This document shows positions 1-10,943 of a stretch of DNA of 64,000 nt, piece after piece (the stretch's first letter is position 1; each line of letters begins with the position of its first letter). The stretch is from Planktothrix sp. GU0601_MAG3. GTDB taxonomy: Bacteria; Cyanobacteriota; Cyanobacteriia; Cyanobacteriales; Microcoleaceae. The translations under genes and the position numbers were made by a program. The stretch is taken from contig CP136572.1 in NCBI GenBank assembly GCA_035193785.1, forward strand, positions 1,472,001 through 1,536,000, given 5' to 3'. The notes beneath the pieces were generated by a model. It saw nothing but the letters and a program-made list of their open reading frames with translations, was not told where the DNA came from and did no database searches.

Positions 1-987
1 GGTAATGGTTTGCCAAGTCGTATTTTCAGCTTGTTGAATTACCTCTTGCCAACCATCGGTATGATGGTTTAAATATTCAAAATCAATTAGATTTTGTTCG
101 AGCAAAGATTTTTGAATGCCCACAAATACCGCCACATCACTGCCGGGAATTGGTTGTAAATAAAGGGTAGAAATATCCGAGCCCCCTTTGAGTAGGGATT
201 TAATCGGAAAGGCGGGGGATGCAAATTTAACTAACCCGACTTCAATTTGAGGATTAATAATAATAATTTTACCATTTTTATCCCGAATTTTAATTAATTC
301 ATTCATTAATCGGGGGTGATTAGCGGGGGCATTTGATCCGACTAAAACCACACAATCGGACTCTTTAAGACTTTCGAGGCTAACCATGGATGTGCCACTG
401 CCAAAAACCTCTTTTAAACCGACGGTAGAGGGAGCATGACATAAATCGGAACAATCGGCTAAGTTATTACTCCCTAATGCTCTGAGCATTAATTGTAGGA
501 GAAATGCGGCTTCGTTAGATGAGCGCCCTGAACTATAACTGGCGACTTTTTCCGGGCTTTTTTTAAAGGCTTTTTCGGCTATTTCATAGACTTCCGACCA
601 ACTAATCCGTTGATAATAATTACTCCCTTTTCTTAAAATAATTGGATAGCTTAATCTGCCCAAACGATCGCATTGTTGAGAGTCTAATTGTTGTAATTCT
701 TGAATAGTAAAGTGTTGAAAAAAATCCGCTTTAATACCCGCTTGTAATTCGGCGGCGATCGCTTCCACACTTTTCGCACAACGCTGTAAATATTCTCCGG
801 CTTCATTAATAAAACCGCCCTTTTGTCCTCCCGTCCCCCAAGCACAGGATAAACAACTACTTTTATGATGCAACTTTTCCCAGATTTTCAACCCTTGGGG
901 GGAGATACTTTTTTCCACCCAATATTGCAGCAGGGGCAAACCACCACCCGCAGACGGAGAATTATGGGAGTCAGTTGGTTGAGTCAT
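1..987 (-). CDS. FdhF/YdeP-family molybdopterin oxidoreductase, 5' part (runs off the window edge)
   Basis: Hand translation from ATG at 987: MTQPTDSHNSPSAGGGLP...SCLSCAWGTGGQKGGF..RCAKSVEA; SSGRSSNEAAFLLQL and NNLADCSDLCHAPS motifs typical of YdeP/FdhF. Confidence 0.8.
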   Translation of the reverse strand, partial: MTQPTDSHNSPSAGGGLPLLQYWVEKSISPQGLKIWEKLHHKSSCLSCAWGTGGQKGGFINEAGEYLQRCAKSVEAIAAELQAGIKADFFQHFTIQELQQLDSQQCDRLGRLSYPIILRKGSNYYQRISWSEVYEIAEKAFKKSPEKVASYSSGRSSNEAAFLLQLMLRALGSNNLADCSDLCHAPSTVGLKEVFGSGTSMVSLESLKESDCVVLVGSNAPANHPRLMNELIKIRDKNGKIIIINPQIEVGLVKFASPAFPIKSLLKGGSDISTLYLQPIPGSDVAVFVGIQKSLLEQNLIDFEYLNHHTDGWQEVIQQAENTTWQTIT

Positions 988-1031
988 ATAGCAGGGAAAA
1001 GGGAACAGGGAATAGGTTGTAACATTTTATC

Positions 1032-1061
1032 GTAGGGGTTGGGAGACCCAACCCTCTTTAC
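1032..1061. repeat. GTAG-type REP-like palindrome
   Basis: GTAGGGGTTGGG-AGA-CCCAACCCTCTTTAC. Confidence 0.6.
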
Positions 1062-1143
1062 TAGACCATAATTTACCCCACGCCAACCGATTAGGCCAGC
1101 GTGGGGCTTTTCATTAATTCCGCTCCCACGGATTTAACAAAAA

Positions 1144-2566
1144 TTAACAGTCGTAGTAGAGGGCAAACTCGTAGGGAGTGGGACGTAACCGGGTGGGGTT
1201 AACTTCGTTATCGAGTTTGTAGGAAATCCAGTTGGCAATAAAGTCTTCGGTGAAGATGCCTGTTTCCGTTAAGAAGGCGTGATCCTGTTCCAAAGCTTCC
1301 AAGGCCAATTCTAAAGAACCTGGGGTGGAAGGAATTTTCCGCAATTCTTCAGGACTGAGATCGTAAATATCCACATCCAAAGGTTTCACCCGGATCGATT
1401 TGGTTTTTAATCCCATCAATCCCAGCACAGAGCATGGCTGCAAAGGCTATGTAGGGGTTAGCGGTGGCATCGGGACACCGGAACTCTAAACGTTTGGCTT
1501 TGGGGTTATTTCCCGACAGAGGAATCCGCACAGAGGCTGAACGGTTGCCTTGAGAGTAGGCCAAGTTCACCGGAGCTTCATACCCAGGAACTAAGCGTTT
1601 GTAGGAGTTGGTACTGGGGTTGGTCAAGGCTAACAACGCCGGGGCGTGTTTGAGAATCCCACCGATGTACCACAGCCCCATGTCGCTGAAGCCCGCGTAT
1701 TTATCGCCAGCAAACAGAGGTTGACTATCTTTCCAAATGGATTGGTGGACGTGCATCCCAGAACCGTTATCCGCAAACACGGGTTTGGGCATGAAGGTGA
1801 CAGTACGGCCGTATTTTTTAGCGACGTTTTTGATCACATATTTGTAGATCATCAAGTTATCGGCGGCTTCAACCAGCGTCCCGAATTTTAAACCGAGTTC
1901 GCACTGTCCACCCGTGGCCACTTCATGGTGATGTTTTTCAATGGGAACCCCACATTTTGCCATGGTTAATAGCATTTCGGTACGGATATCTTGGAACGTA
2001 TCCGTGGGAGCTACGGGGAAATAGCCTTCTTTGTAGCCCGGTTTGTAGGCTAAGTTACCACCGGGTTCTTCCCGTCCCGAATTCCAACGACCTTCAACGG
2101 AATCGACATAGTAATAGCCGCAATGTTGGGTTTGGTCGAAGCGAACATCATCAAAAATGAAGAATTCCGCTTCTGGGCCAAAGAATGCCGTATCGCCAAT
2201 TCCCGTAGAAACTAAATAATCAATGGCTTTTTGGGCAATTACCCGGGGACATCGACTGTAGGGTTCTCCTGTACGGGGTTCTTGAATACTACAAATGATG
2301 CTCAGAGTCGGTTCTGCCATGAAGGGATCAATCCAAGCTGTTTTTGGATCTAACACCATGGACATATCAGATTCGTTAATGGCCTTCCAACCGCGAATAC
2401 TGGAACCATCAAACGGTACGCCGTCTGTAAAGGAGGATTCATCGATTTGGCTGTTATGTACCGTTAGATGCTGCCAGGTTCCTAGCATATCCACGAATTT
2501 CAAGTCAATCATTTGAATCTTTTGGTCTTCGATTAACGATAAGACCTCTTGGGCTGTCTCTGGCAT
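1144..2566 (-). CDS. glnA: Glutamine synthetase type I (one frame break at GTTTC 1383)
   Basis: [39 protein letters not shown] and RLEFRCPD motifs; C-terminal [10 protein letters not shown] lies in the adjacent frame. Confidence 0.97.
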
Positions 2567-2642
2567 GGATGAATATCTCCTCAAAAATCTTCTTGATTAT
2601 CTCTGACCGTTTTGGCAGTTGGACTGACAAAGCATCTGGCTG

Positions 2643-2686
2643 ATCATAGTGAGTCAGATTGATTAAGTTTTGTATTGAGTGTTACA
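2643..2686 (-). promoter_or_regulatory. NtcA-activated promoter of glnA
   Basis: TGTA-N8-TACA at 2671-2686, then a 23-nt spacer and -10 TATGAT (minus strand, 2643-2648); canonical NtcA class II layout. Confidence 0.9.
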
Positions 2687-2744
2687 ATACAGCACGTCAC
2701 GACTTCAGAATAATTGAAAGATATTATAAGTGGAGATAGACTTC

Positions 2745-3254
2745 ATGCAAGATGCCGTTACCAGCTTAATAAAAAATTACGACAGAACGGGTCGCTATTT
2801 GGATCGGGACGCCCTTGATCAACTCAAGTCCTATTTTGCGACGGGGACAGTCAGAGTTCAAGCTGCCGGGGTGATCAATGGTAATGCCGCCGATTTGGTT
2901 AAACAAGCTGCTATGGCTTTGTTCGACGAGGTTCCTGAGTTGATTCGTCCTGGGGGAAATGCCTACACTACCCGTCGCTATGCGGCTTGCTTACGCGATA
3001 TGGGTTACTACCTGCGCTATGCGACCTATGCCCTGGTAGCTGGGGATATGGATGTTTTGGATGAACGGGTACTTCAAGGTTTACGGGAAACTTATAATTC
3101 TTTGAGCGTTCCTGTTGGCCCTACTGTTTTTGGGATCGGTATTCTGAAAGGTTTGGTTACTGCTCAGGTTGCTGCTGCCGGGTTGCCCACGGGAGATTAT
3201 TTAGAACAACCTTTTGATCATTTAATTCGAGAATTGGGTGAACGGGATATTTAA
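2745..3254 (+). CDS. apcF: Allophycocyanin beta-18 subunit
   Basis: MQDAVTSLIKNYD.TGRYLD, RPGGNAYTTRRYAACLRD; divergent from glnA as is typical. Confidence 0.93.
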   Translation: MQDAVTSLIKNYDRTGRYLDRDALDQLKSYFATGTVRVQAAGVINGNAADLVKQAAMALFDEVPELIRPGGNAYTTRRYAACLRDMGYYLRYATYALVAGDMDVLDERVLQGLRETYNSLSVPVGPTVFGIGILKGLVTAQVAAAGLPTGDYLEQPFDHLIRELGERDI

Positions 3255-3410
3255 CTCCTGGACTCGATTTTTTTTCAATAAAACAAAACAGCTAAACTCC
3301 CATTACATCCATTGGGTTAGTAGGGGTTTAGCTAGGTTCGATTTTGTTTCTAGGATTTTTGGTTAAGAAATATATTATGATTTCGCACTGGTCTGAATTT
3401 TAAATATTGT

Positions 3411-3611
3411 TTAAAAATCTTCAAATCTCCCCCAAATAATGCAGGTTTCCAGATTATATACCGTCGGGTTGTTCTCAATATTTTCTGTGGTAGTCATTTC
3501 TACTGTGCCGTTGGGATGGATAATATGAATTAATTCTCCACTTAAAACGGCTATGGGGGAAGCGGCTCTATTTTCTGGTTCAGGAAGCGGAAAGGGATTG
3601 AGGGTATTCAT
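3411..3611 (-). CDS. Small hypothetical protein (66 aa)
   Basis: ORF from ATG at 3611; no recognisable motif. Confidence 0.45.
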   Translation of the reverse strand: MNTLNPFPLPEPENRAASPIAVLSGELIHIIHPNGTVEMTTTENIENNPTVYNLETCIIWGRFEDF

Positions 3612-3743
3612 AATTTGCTCCTGTTGAATTTGACACAATCTCAATATTAATTAACCCATAAAATTTATTTTTAATTAGTGATATTTCTAACAGGCAATAT
3701 AGATTAATCTCAAGAAATAAAGTGATGGGGATCACAGCTTAAA

Positions 3744-3827
3744 ATCAGTTATCAGTCATCAGTTATCAGTTATCAGTTATTAGTCATCAGTCATCAGTCA
3801 TCAGTCATCAGTCATCAGTCATCAGTT
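3744..3827. repeat. Heptamer tandem repeat (ATCAGTY)n, STRR type
   Basis: Directly visible tandem array. Confidence 0.95.
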
Positions 3828-3835
3828 TATTACCC

Positions 3836-3998
3836 ATTCCCTGCTCCCCCCGCCCCCCCTGCTCCCCCTGCTCCCCCTGCTCCCCCTGCTCCCCCTGCTC
3901 CCCCTGCTCCCCCTGCTCCCCCTGCTCCCCCTGCTCCCCCTGCTCCCCCTGCTCCCCCCGCCCCCTGCTCCCCCTGCTCCCCCTGCTCCCCTACCCCC
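3836..3998. repeat. 9/10-mer tandem repeat (CCCCTGCTC[C])n
   Basis: Directly visible array ending just before the tlyA start. Confidence 0.95.
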
Positions 3999-4005
3999 CT
4001 ACTCC

Positions 4006-4839
4006 GTGAAACAAAGACTTGATACCTTATTAGTAGACCTTAATTTATGTGAGTCCCGCCAACAGGCTCAAGGGTTAATCCGAGCGGGATCGGTTTTAGT
4101 GAATCAACAAATGATCGATAAACCCGGAACGGAAGTTAATGTAGAAGCCCAGATTCAGGTAAAACAGCGATCGCGTTTTGTCTCCAGAGGGGGGGAAAAA
4201 CTGGCTAAAGCCCTAGAGGAATTTAAAATTGAGGTGAGCGATCGCGTCTGTCTGGATGGGGGCATTTCCACTGGCGGTTTCACCGATTGTTTATTAAAAA
4301 CCGGAGCGACAAAAGTTTATGGTGTGGATGTGGGTTATGGACAAGTAGACTGGGGAATTAGAAATGATCCCCGGGTAGTTTTGAAAGAACGGACAAACCT
4401 GCGCTATTTAACGCCCGAGCAATTGTATGGGGAATCAGATACACCGGAAAATTATCCCGATTTTGCTGTTGTGGATGTCTCGTTTATTTCCTTAACCAAA
4501 ATCTTGCCCCCGTTGTGGCAATTGTTAAAGCCGAATCGGGAAGTGGTACTGTTAGTCAAACCTCAATTTGAGGTGGGCAGAGAACGGGTGGGTAAAAAGG
4601 GAGTTGTCCGAGATTCTAAGGATCACGCCCATGCTATCTTTCAGGTGGGTTCTGTTGCGATATCCTTGGGATGGCAATATCGAGGTTTAACTTGGTCACC
4701 CCTTCAGGGCCCGGCCGGAAATATTGAATATTTGTTGTGGCTAGATATGGTTGGTCAACCTCTGCCTTCTGAGTTGGCGATCGCCCAAATTACTCAACTC
4801 GCCCAACAAACCCTAACCCAATCCCCTAGTCACCCTTAA
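4006..4839 (+). CDS. tlyA: TlyA-family rRNA 2'-O-methyltransferase
   Basis: S4 domain [44 protein letters not shown]. Confidence 0.95.
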   Translation: MKQRLDTLLVDLNLCESRQQAQGLIRAGSVLVNQQMIDKPGTEVNVEAQIQVKQRSRFVSRGGEKLAKALEEFKIEVSDRVCLDGGISTGGFTDCLLKTGATKVYGVDVGYGQVDWGIRNDPRVVLKERTNLRYLTPEQLYGESDTPENYPDFAVVDVSFISLTKILPPLWQLLKPNREVVLLVKPQFEVGRERVGKKGVVRDSKDHAHAIFQVGSVAISLGWQYRGLTWSPLQGPAGNIEYLLWLDMVGQPLPSELAIAQITQLAQQTLTQSPSHP

Positions 4840-4856
4840 CCTTTTAAATCGGTTCA

Positions 4857-5546
4857 ATGAATTTATCCAAACTACTGAAGCGCATTACGATTTATGTCAT
4901 AAGCGCTTTCATGTTTGTCTTTTGTGTGATTTTTGTCACGCTTGTGGCGATCGCCATTAAGGTTTTAGTCTTAAAACTTGCCCATAGATTTGTTTATCCA
5001 ATTTTTATATTTGGCGATTTACTTAGGGGTTTAGAAATTATTGATTTACTCAATATTTTAGTTTTTGCGATTGTGGGAATGGGATTGGGAGTGGCAACGG
5101 GTTTGTTACCCACTCGGGATGCTCGAAAAATTAGTCAGGTTTTTCTGATTATTTTAATTCCAATTATTTTAGCGGTTCCTCAAGTGGTTAAATACAATCT
5201 TTGGGTGGAGGATATTGCTCAGGATGATGATCTTTCCTTTCCGCAAGCGCAAACTGTAGCTGATGCTTTTCTTCAACGCAGAATTAATCAGGATGGGGTT
5301 TTCGGGTTTTATTTATATACTGGACAATTTCCTATGGTTCCGACGCGACAAGTTCAAATGCAGGAATTGGAACGTTTGGAACAGCAAGTTAACTCTAAAT
5401 TTGTGCGGGTGAGTGGGATTCCTCCGACTTTAATTACAATTATTATGGGAGTTTGTTTTTGGGGAATTAGGATGTTTTATTTTTCGGTTGCTGTGATTAC
5501 GGCGATCGCTCATTATCGAGAAGGATTAAGGATTGTTGCGAAATAG
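4857..5546 (+). CDS. Hypothetical multi-pass membrane protein
   Basis: 229-aa ORF with about 4 hydrophobic segments, 17 nt after tlyA. Confidence 0.75.
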   Translation: MNLSKLLKRITIYVISAFMFVFCVIFVTLVAIAIKVLVLKLAHRFVYPIFIFGDLLRGLEIIDLLNILVFAIVGMGLGVATGLLPTRDARKISQVFLIILIPIILAVPQVVKYNLWVEDIAQDDDLSFPQAQTVADAFLQRRINQDGVFGFYLYTGQFPMVPTRQVQMQELERLEQQVNSKFVRVSGIPPTLITIIMGVCFWGIRMFYFSVAVITAIAHYREGLRIVAK

Positions 5547-5547
5547 T

Positions 5548-5686
5548 TATGGCAAGAGGGAAGAGGGAAGAGGGAAGAGGGAAGAGGTAATAGGTAATAG
5601 GTAATAGGTAATAGGTAATAGGTAAATACTTACTATGAGCAGCTTTAGCTTTCAAGAATGTCCTAATAGATGCGGCAACTGCTATA
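5548..5686. mobile_element. MITE-like element carrying (GAGGGAA)n/(GGTAATA)n arrays
   Basis: Ends TATGGCA...TGCTATA; the right ~70 bp recur inverted at 50342-50410. Confidence 0.65.
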
Positions 5687-5905
5687 GATTTTGGGGGGTT
5701 GTATGTTGACTAAAAAGTCAAGCGTATAGTCATGTTAGACGTAAGAATATTGTCTCCTAAATCGGGGTTTTTGTCAAGTCGTTTGGCGAACTAATCCGGC
5801 GAAAATTTAGGATTTAGGATGAAGTGGCATCCTGAAGCAGAAAATCGGGAGTGATTAGTTGGGAGAAAAAAGACGAAGCGGGGTGAGGGATTGGGTTGAG
5901 GAAAG

Positions 5906-6319
5906 TTATCGCCAATAGGGTCTACCTTTCCAAAATAGACCGATTAAAATTCCCATGGTGGTAATTTGAGAGGTACTGAGTAAAATTACAGGAGTAAAGA
6001 TGGATTTATAGATGAATAAAACAATTAATAAACTAATAAATAATGCCCATAAACAAGCAACGTTAAGAAAAACTTTAGCGGGCTGAATTTCGATTAAATA
6101 AATTGATAGGGCTCCCACCCCCACCCCGACTCCAAATAGAATCAACATCCCCAGGGGAGGAGTCAATAAAAGAAGCATAATTTGTTTGAATGCTAGAGAG
6201 TGAGTGATTCCCCAGAGGGTCAAAACTTCGGCGATCGCAACTATTAAATAAGTCAGGGCGACACTTTGTAACAAAGACAACCAAGGTAAATTTTTGAGCC
6301 GTTGTATAAAATTATTCAT
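5906..6319 (-). CDS. Hypothetical membrane protein
   Basis: Four hydrophobic helices; ends FWKGRPYWR. Confidence 0.7.
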   Translation of the reverse strand: MNNFIQRLKNLPWLSLLQSVALTYLIVAIAEVLTLWGITHSLAFKQIMLLLLTPPLGMLILFGVGVGVGALSIYLIEIQPAKVFLNVACLWALFISLLIVLFIYKSIFTPVILLSTSQITTMGILIGLFWKGRPYWR

Positions 6320-6473
6320 AGATTTTTTACTAAAATTCACCCATCTCAACCGGTCTACCCAGTGGAACTTAATTTTATCGATTTTTTGATTCAACTCACG
6401 TTAAAATTTTTGATGTTGAGAACCTCGAACCAATTCCAAATCTAAGACCGATAAAGCAACAGAGGAGAAACCG

Positions 6474-6680
6474 ATGATAGAAACATCAATTAACTGTGCA
6501 GAAGCCTGTGTAAATGGCTGTGTTTTGGGGGATAAATGCCCCAATCGGGAATATATCCCGGAAACGGAGAACTTTATCAATAATACATCCTTAGACCAAA
6601 TCTTAGAAATGGCAGAGGAAGCGGTGCGGAAGAAAAGAGTACAGCCCCCCACTTGGGTTTTACCGGATTTTCCCGAGTGA
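6474..6680 (+). CDS. Small Cys-rich hypothetical protein
   Basis: GAGGAG RBS; NCAEACVNGCVLGDKCP. Confidence 0.75.
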   Translation: MIETSINCAEACVNGCVLGDKCPNREYIPETENFINNTSLDQILEMAEEAVRKKRVQPPTWVLPDFPE

Positions 6681-6849
6681 ATCAATGGGGTAGAGGGAAT
6701 ATTAAACCCGATATGGCAATGATCGGGGATTTACAACAATTGAGTTGTTGACGGGGAAAGGAGTAAAATGGATCACAAGATTTCCTTTCCCGGTGAAATT
6801 TATAAAACTTGCCGAGAAAACCCCATCTGCTTGTGGGTGGGGCGGTTGA

Positions 6850-7650
6850 CTACTTAATTTTATTGGCGACAATCCGAATTCGCTTATAGTCAGCAATCCA
6901 AGTCCCATTCTTAAATAATTTGGGACGTAGGCGAGCTTCGATATCATTCATAATATGTAGTTGTTCTGAGGCTGGAATTCCTTTAAAAAATTCTCCAGCA
7001 AACATTCTTAACCAATTATTTAAGCCTTTTTCTCCGTCATTTAAGGGGGTAGGACGCTCCACCAGGGTTGCCAGCTTTAACTCAAATCCTTGGGTTTCTA
7101 AAAGCGCTCCATATTCGCTAATACTCGGAAAATACCAGGGATTCAGGGTTTGATTTTGGGGGTATCCCGCGGCATCTAAAGCCTGATCTATTGCTGTAAT
7201 AATTGTATCAATATTGCCTTTCCCGCCAAATTCTGCCACAAAACGTCCCCCGGGTTTTAAGGCTCGACAAACTCCAGAAATGACTTTTTCCGGTTGTTTA
7301 ATCCAATGTAAAACCGCATTAGAAAACACCGCATCAAACTGTTCTTTCCAGGCTAGGTTGGCTCCATCAATCACCAAAAAATTCAGACCGGGATAGGTTT
7401 GATTGGCTTTTTTAACCATGGTTGGTGCCCTATCAATGCCGATAACTTCGGCCCCCGTATTTGTGATTTTGTAACTCAAGTTACCTGTACCACAACCGAG
7501 ATCGAGAATGTGTTCTCCTGCACGGGGATCAAGCAATTCTAAGAGATCTACGGCTAAATTGGAGACAAAGCTATGATGACTATCGTATAGTTTTGCATCC
7601 CAATAAGGCATAGGAGCCATAGGAGCATAGTTTAGGGTCTTAGTATTCAT
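6850..7650 (-). CDS. Class I SAM-dependent methyltransferase (Tam-like)
   Basis: ILDLGCGTG, FDAVFSNAVLHW, LKPGGRFVAEFGG. Confidence 0.9.
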   Translation of the reverse strand: MNTKTLNYAPMAPMPYWDAKLYDSHHSFVSNLAVDLLELLDPRAGEHILDLGCGTGNLSYKITNTGAEVIGIDRAPTMVKKANQTYPGLNFLVIDGANLAWKEQFDAVFSNAVLHWIKQPEKVISGVCRALKPGGRFVAEFGGKGNIDTIITAIDQALDAAGYPQNQTLNPWYFPSISEYGALLETQGFELKLATLVERPTPLNDGEKGLNNWLRMFAGEFFKGIPASEQLHIMNDIEARLRPKLFKNGTWIADYKRIRIVANKIK

Positions 7651-8226
7651 GGCGACGGTAAGGCGGAATTTACTTGTCGTTTTTTATTATGCAACATTTT
7701 GTTCATAATTAACTAAAAGTCAAGGAAAGTTTAGACTAATTTCGAGAGGAAGGTTTTGGACTCAGACTCAAAGGTTGATTTCACCGAGAAAAGGGGATCT
7801 TAACTCCTTGGTGATTGGGAAACAGGAATCTTTTTATAGCATCTGGTGAAGCTTGATTTTATCTGGTTGAAGATAGAGATTTAGTCAACCCCTCATTTTA
7901 CTTTTATAAAAGTCTTTAAAATTTTGATAAAATGGTCATTACCGAGGGTATAGTTGCTTTATGGTTAATCATAATTGACAAAAAAAACTAAATATGATAT
8001 CTGTCCCCCATGGCACAAAGTCGGGTCAAACAAATCCATCCTAAATACATTTTAACCTCACATTGGGAAACAATATTAAGCCCAAAGTAACGATGCAATT
8101 TTATTCGGGGTGATTACGCAAGGTTATAATCTGACGACATCAGAGTTTTCATCATTTATTATCTATAATCCAGATAAATTGTATCAGCAGCTACTTTTTA
8201 TCCTTAGTATGCAGGACAGTTAATTT

Positions 8227-9673
8227 ATGTTTCCATTAAAATCCCATCTGATTTCTCAAAGAATTTCTGGCCGGGCTTTTCTGATCGGTGTTTCTGGCGG
8301 TGTTCACCGTGATTTTGACCGTGACACTGCACTCCGCATCCTTTGCTATGACCTATCCTGATTCGGTAGTGAATCAAACAATCCAGGGTCAGGAGTTAAT
8401 GGCCCAGTCTCCGGTGCCAATTGTGGAGCAACCTGACCCTGACAACCCCTCCGATATCCCAACGGCCGATACAGCTTTGTTGTTTCAAAATAACCGTTAT
8501 GTGGTGAGGGTGTTTGGACAGGAAAACAAGGCTTATATCAATATTTATGACAGGGAAAATAAAACCCTAACCCTGAAAAAAATCCCAGTTTCAATTACTC
8601 CGGCTAAAAATCCCCAAAAAGATCCGATTAAATACGTTGCCACGATCGATAACCAAAAATATATCGTCATTATTAACCCCTTGGGTGCTTCGGAGTTAAC
8701 TATTTTGAAAGGGGAAACGGTGGTCTACCGCCAGGGGAGTAATCGGGTTGAGGTGGCCCAAAAAGTTCCGGGTATTTCTGAGCAAGCTGAACCCGTCAAT
8801 CCCACCCTTGCCTTAGTTAGAAAAATATTTATTAATTATGCCAAACTAACCATCTTTGCTCTGATGTTTTCGATGGCCATTCGTTGGAAGTTTGAGGATG
8901 TGATCTGGTTGGGTAAGCAACCGTCTCTCCTGCTGCGATCGCTAGTCTCGGTATTCATTGCCGTACCCTTGTTAGGAGCATTAACCATGCTGATTCCGGG
9001 GTTGACCGTGGCACAACACATTGGGATTTGGGCGATGATCACCTGTCCCGGTGCGCCGATGATTCCGTTTAAAAGCCTGCAAGCCGGGGGAAATGCCAAA
9101 TTTGTCGCTAGTTTACAGTTTATGGTGTGCATTTTAGCCATTATTAGCATTCCCTTAACAGCCCTGATTCTAGCTCAGTTCTCTCCCAATCAAGCCTGGT
9201 TGTCGCCGGAAGAAATTGCCAAACAAATCTTTTTTGCCCAGGTGTTGCCCATGGGAATTGGGGTTTTACTGGCCCAATATGCCCCCAAACTTGCAGAGGA
9301 TTTGGTGGAGCCCGTAACCAAAATTGCGAAATTGATGCTTGTGTTGGTGGTGATTCTGCTGCTGGCGATTACCCTGGAAAAAGTTCTGAATGCCGGATTT
9401 TGGGCTTACTTGGCGATGGTTTTTCTCTCGATTACTTCCCTGGCCTGTGGTCATTTCTTGGGCGGATCTGAACCTGAAACTCAAACGGTTCTGGCCTATG
9501 CAACGGCGACTCGCAATGGGGGTTTAGCAATTTTATTGGTCAGCTTGAATTTTCCCAATCTCGATTATATCAAAGGTGGGATTATTGATTCGCTGATTAC
9601 CTATGCTTTAATTGCCGCCTTTGTCTCTATTCCTTATACAATCTGGCGGAAAAGAACAATGGTTCAAAATTAG
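8227..9673 (+). CDS. Bile acid:Na+ symporter (BASS)-family transporter with a long N-terminal extension (frame break at GTTTC 8290)
   Basis: C-terminal ~280 aa with ~9 TM segments, CPGAP and TRNGGLA motifs; ATG 8227 joins the ORF if one T is removed at 8290-8294. Confidence 0.75.
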
Positions 9674-9789
9674 AGGGGTATTAATTAGTAAAAGATTAAG
9701 GTTAAGTTAAGCCAGTTTAACATTTTGTAGCAGATCCAGAATGTTCTACCCTAGAACATTGGATCTGTATTTTTTGAGGAGAAGTGATT

Positions 9790-10735
9790 ATGTCGGGTAG
9801 CGAATTAAAAGCGGATTTTTGGGTAAGCGAGTATATCACACCTTGGGATATTTATGTTCATGGAATTACCAAGGTATTAGCTTATAAAAAAACCCCCTAT
9901 CAAGATATGTATGTTGTTGAAACGGGAGCCTATGGAAAAGCCTTAGTTCTCGATGGGAAATGGCAATCTTGTACCGGAGATGAATTTCTCTACCATGAAA
10001 CCCTTAGTCCATGTCGCTTCGGTTTATCATGGGTCTCCTCGAAAAGTTGCGGTTTTGGGCGGGGGAGAAGGGGCGACCATTCGGGAGGTTTTGCGCTGGA
10101 AAACCATTGAATGTGTAGCCATGATTGACTTAGATGGGGATGTGGTCGATGCCTGCAAAGAACATCTGCCGGAAATGCACCAAAATGCCTTTGATGATCC
10201 TCGCACCCAATTAATTATCGGGGATGCGATCGACTTTTTAGAGCAGACTCAGGAAAAATGGGATATTGTGATTTCTGATTTATCCGATCCGATTGAAGAT
10301 GGGCCATCCTTTAAACTGTTCACTAAGGAATATTTTGAAAAAATTCGTCAAATTTTAACCCCCGATGGCTATGGGGTAATTCAAGCTGGCCCGGTTTCCC
10401 CGAATGAGATGAAACTGCACGTCCGCTTGGTAAATACTCTGAAAACGGTTTTTCCCCATGTTCACTCCTATACCAGTTATATTTCCACCTACGGAAGTCC
10501 CTGGAGTTTTATTATCGTTTCTGCCCAACCGATTAATACCCGTCCTGAACCGGAAAATGTTGATCAGGTTTTACAGGAGCAAACCACCGGAGGTCTACGG
10601 ATGTTTGATGGGACAACGATGTTAGGAATGTTACAAACTCCTAAACATTTGCGGGATGCGATCGCGGCGGAAACCGAAATTTATACCTTAGCTGAACCGC
10701 CGAAATTCTTTGGCAAAGGGGCTACTGTAGAGTAG
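9790..10735 (+). CDS. speE: Spermidine synthase / polyamine aminopropyltransferase (frame break at 9997)
   Basis: LVLDGKWQS..DEFLYHE, VLGGGEGATIREV, DIVISDLSDP. Confidence 0.9.
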
Positions 10736-10752
10736 AAAGTTATTAAGTCTTG

Positions 10753-10788
10753 ATCTGTGGGGGTAATTCATGAATTGCCCCTACAGAT
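10753..10788. repeat. REP-like palindrome / possible terminator after speE
   Basis: ATCTGTGGGGGTAATTCATGAATTGCCCCTACAGAT near-perfect inverted repeat. Confidence 0.65.
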
Positions 10789-10943
10789 TAGATTGGTTTC
10801 CCATAATTTAAGGTGGGAGAGTGTTAACAATTAACCAAAATATAGTACAATACATCCCGATACCCAAGTCCTGTGTACCGAAAAATTAATTATAAAAAAT
10901 CCCACCAATAACCCTTTTTGGTGATTGAGGAGTAAAACTACAA

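Noticed and set aside
3744..3998. CRISPR array
   Set aside because: Contiguous 7-10-nt units with no unique spacers; no cas genes in the window
8085..8145. Fluoride-riboswitch-like GATG...CTGACGAC
   Set aside because: The required pairing and consensus (GGCGATGG..CGCC) are absent
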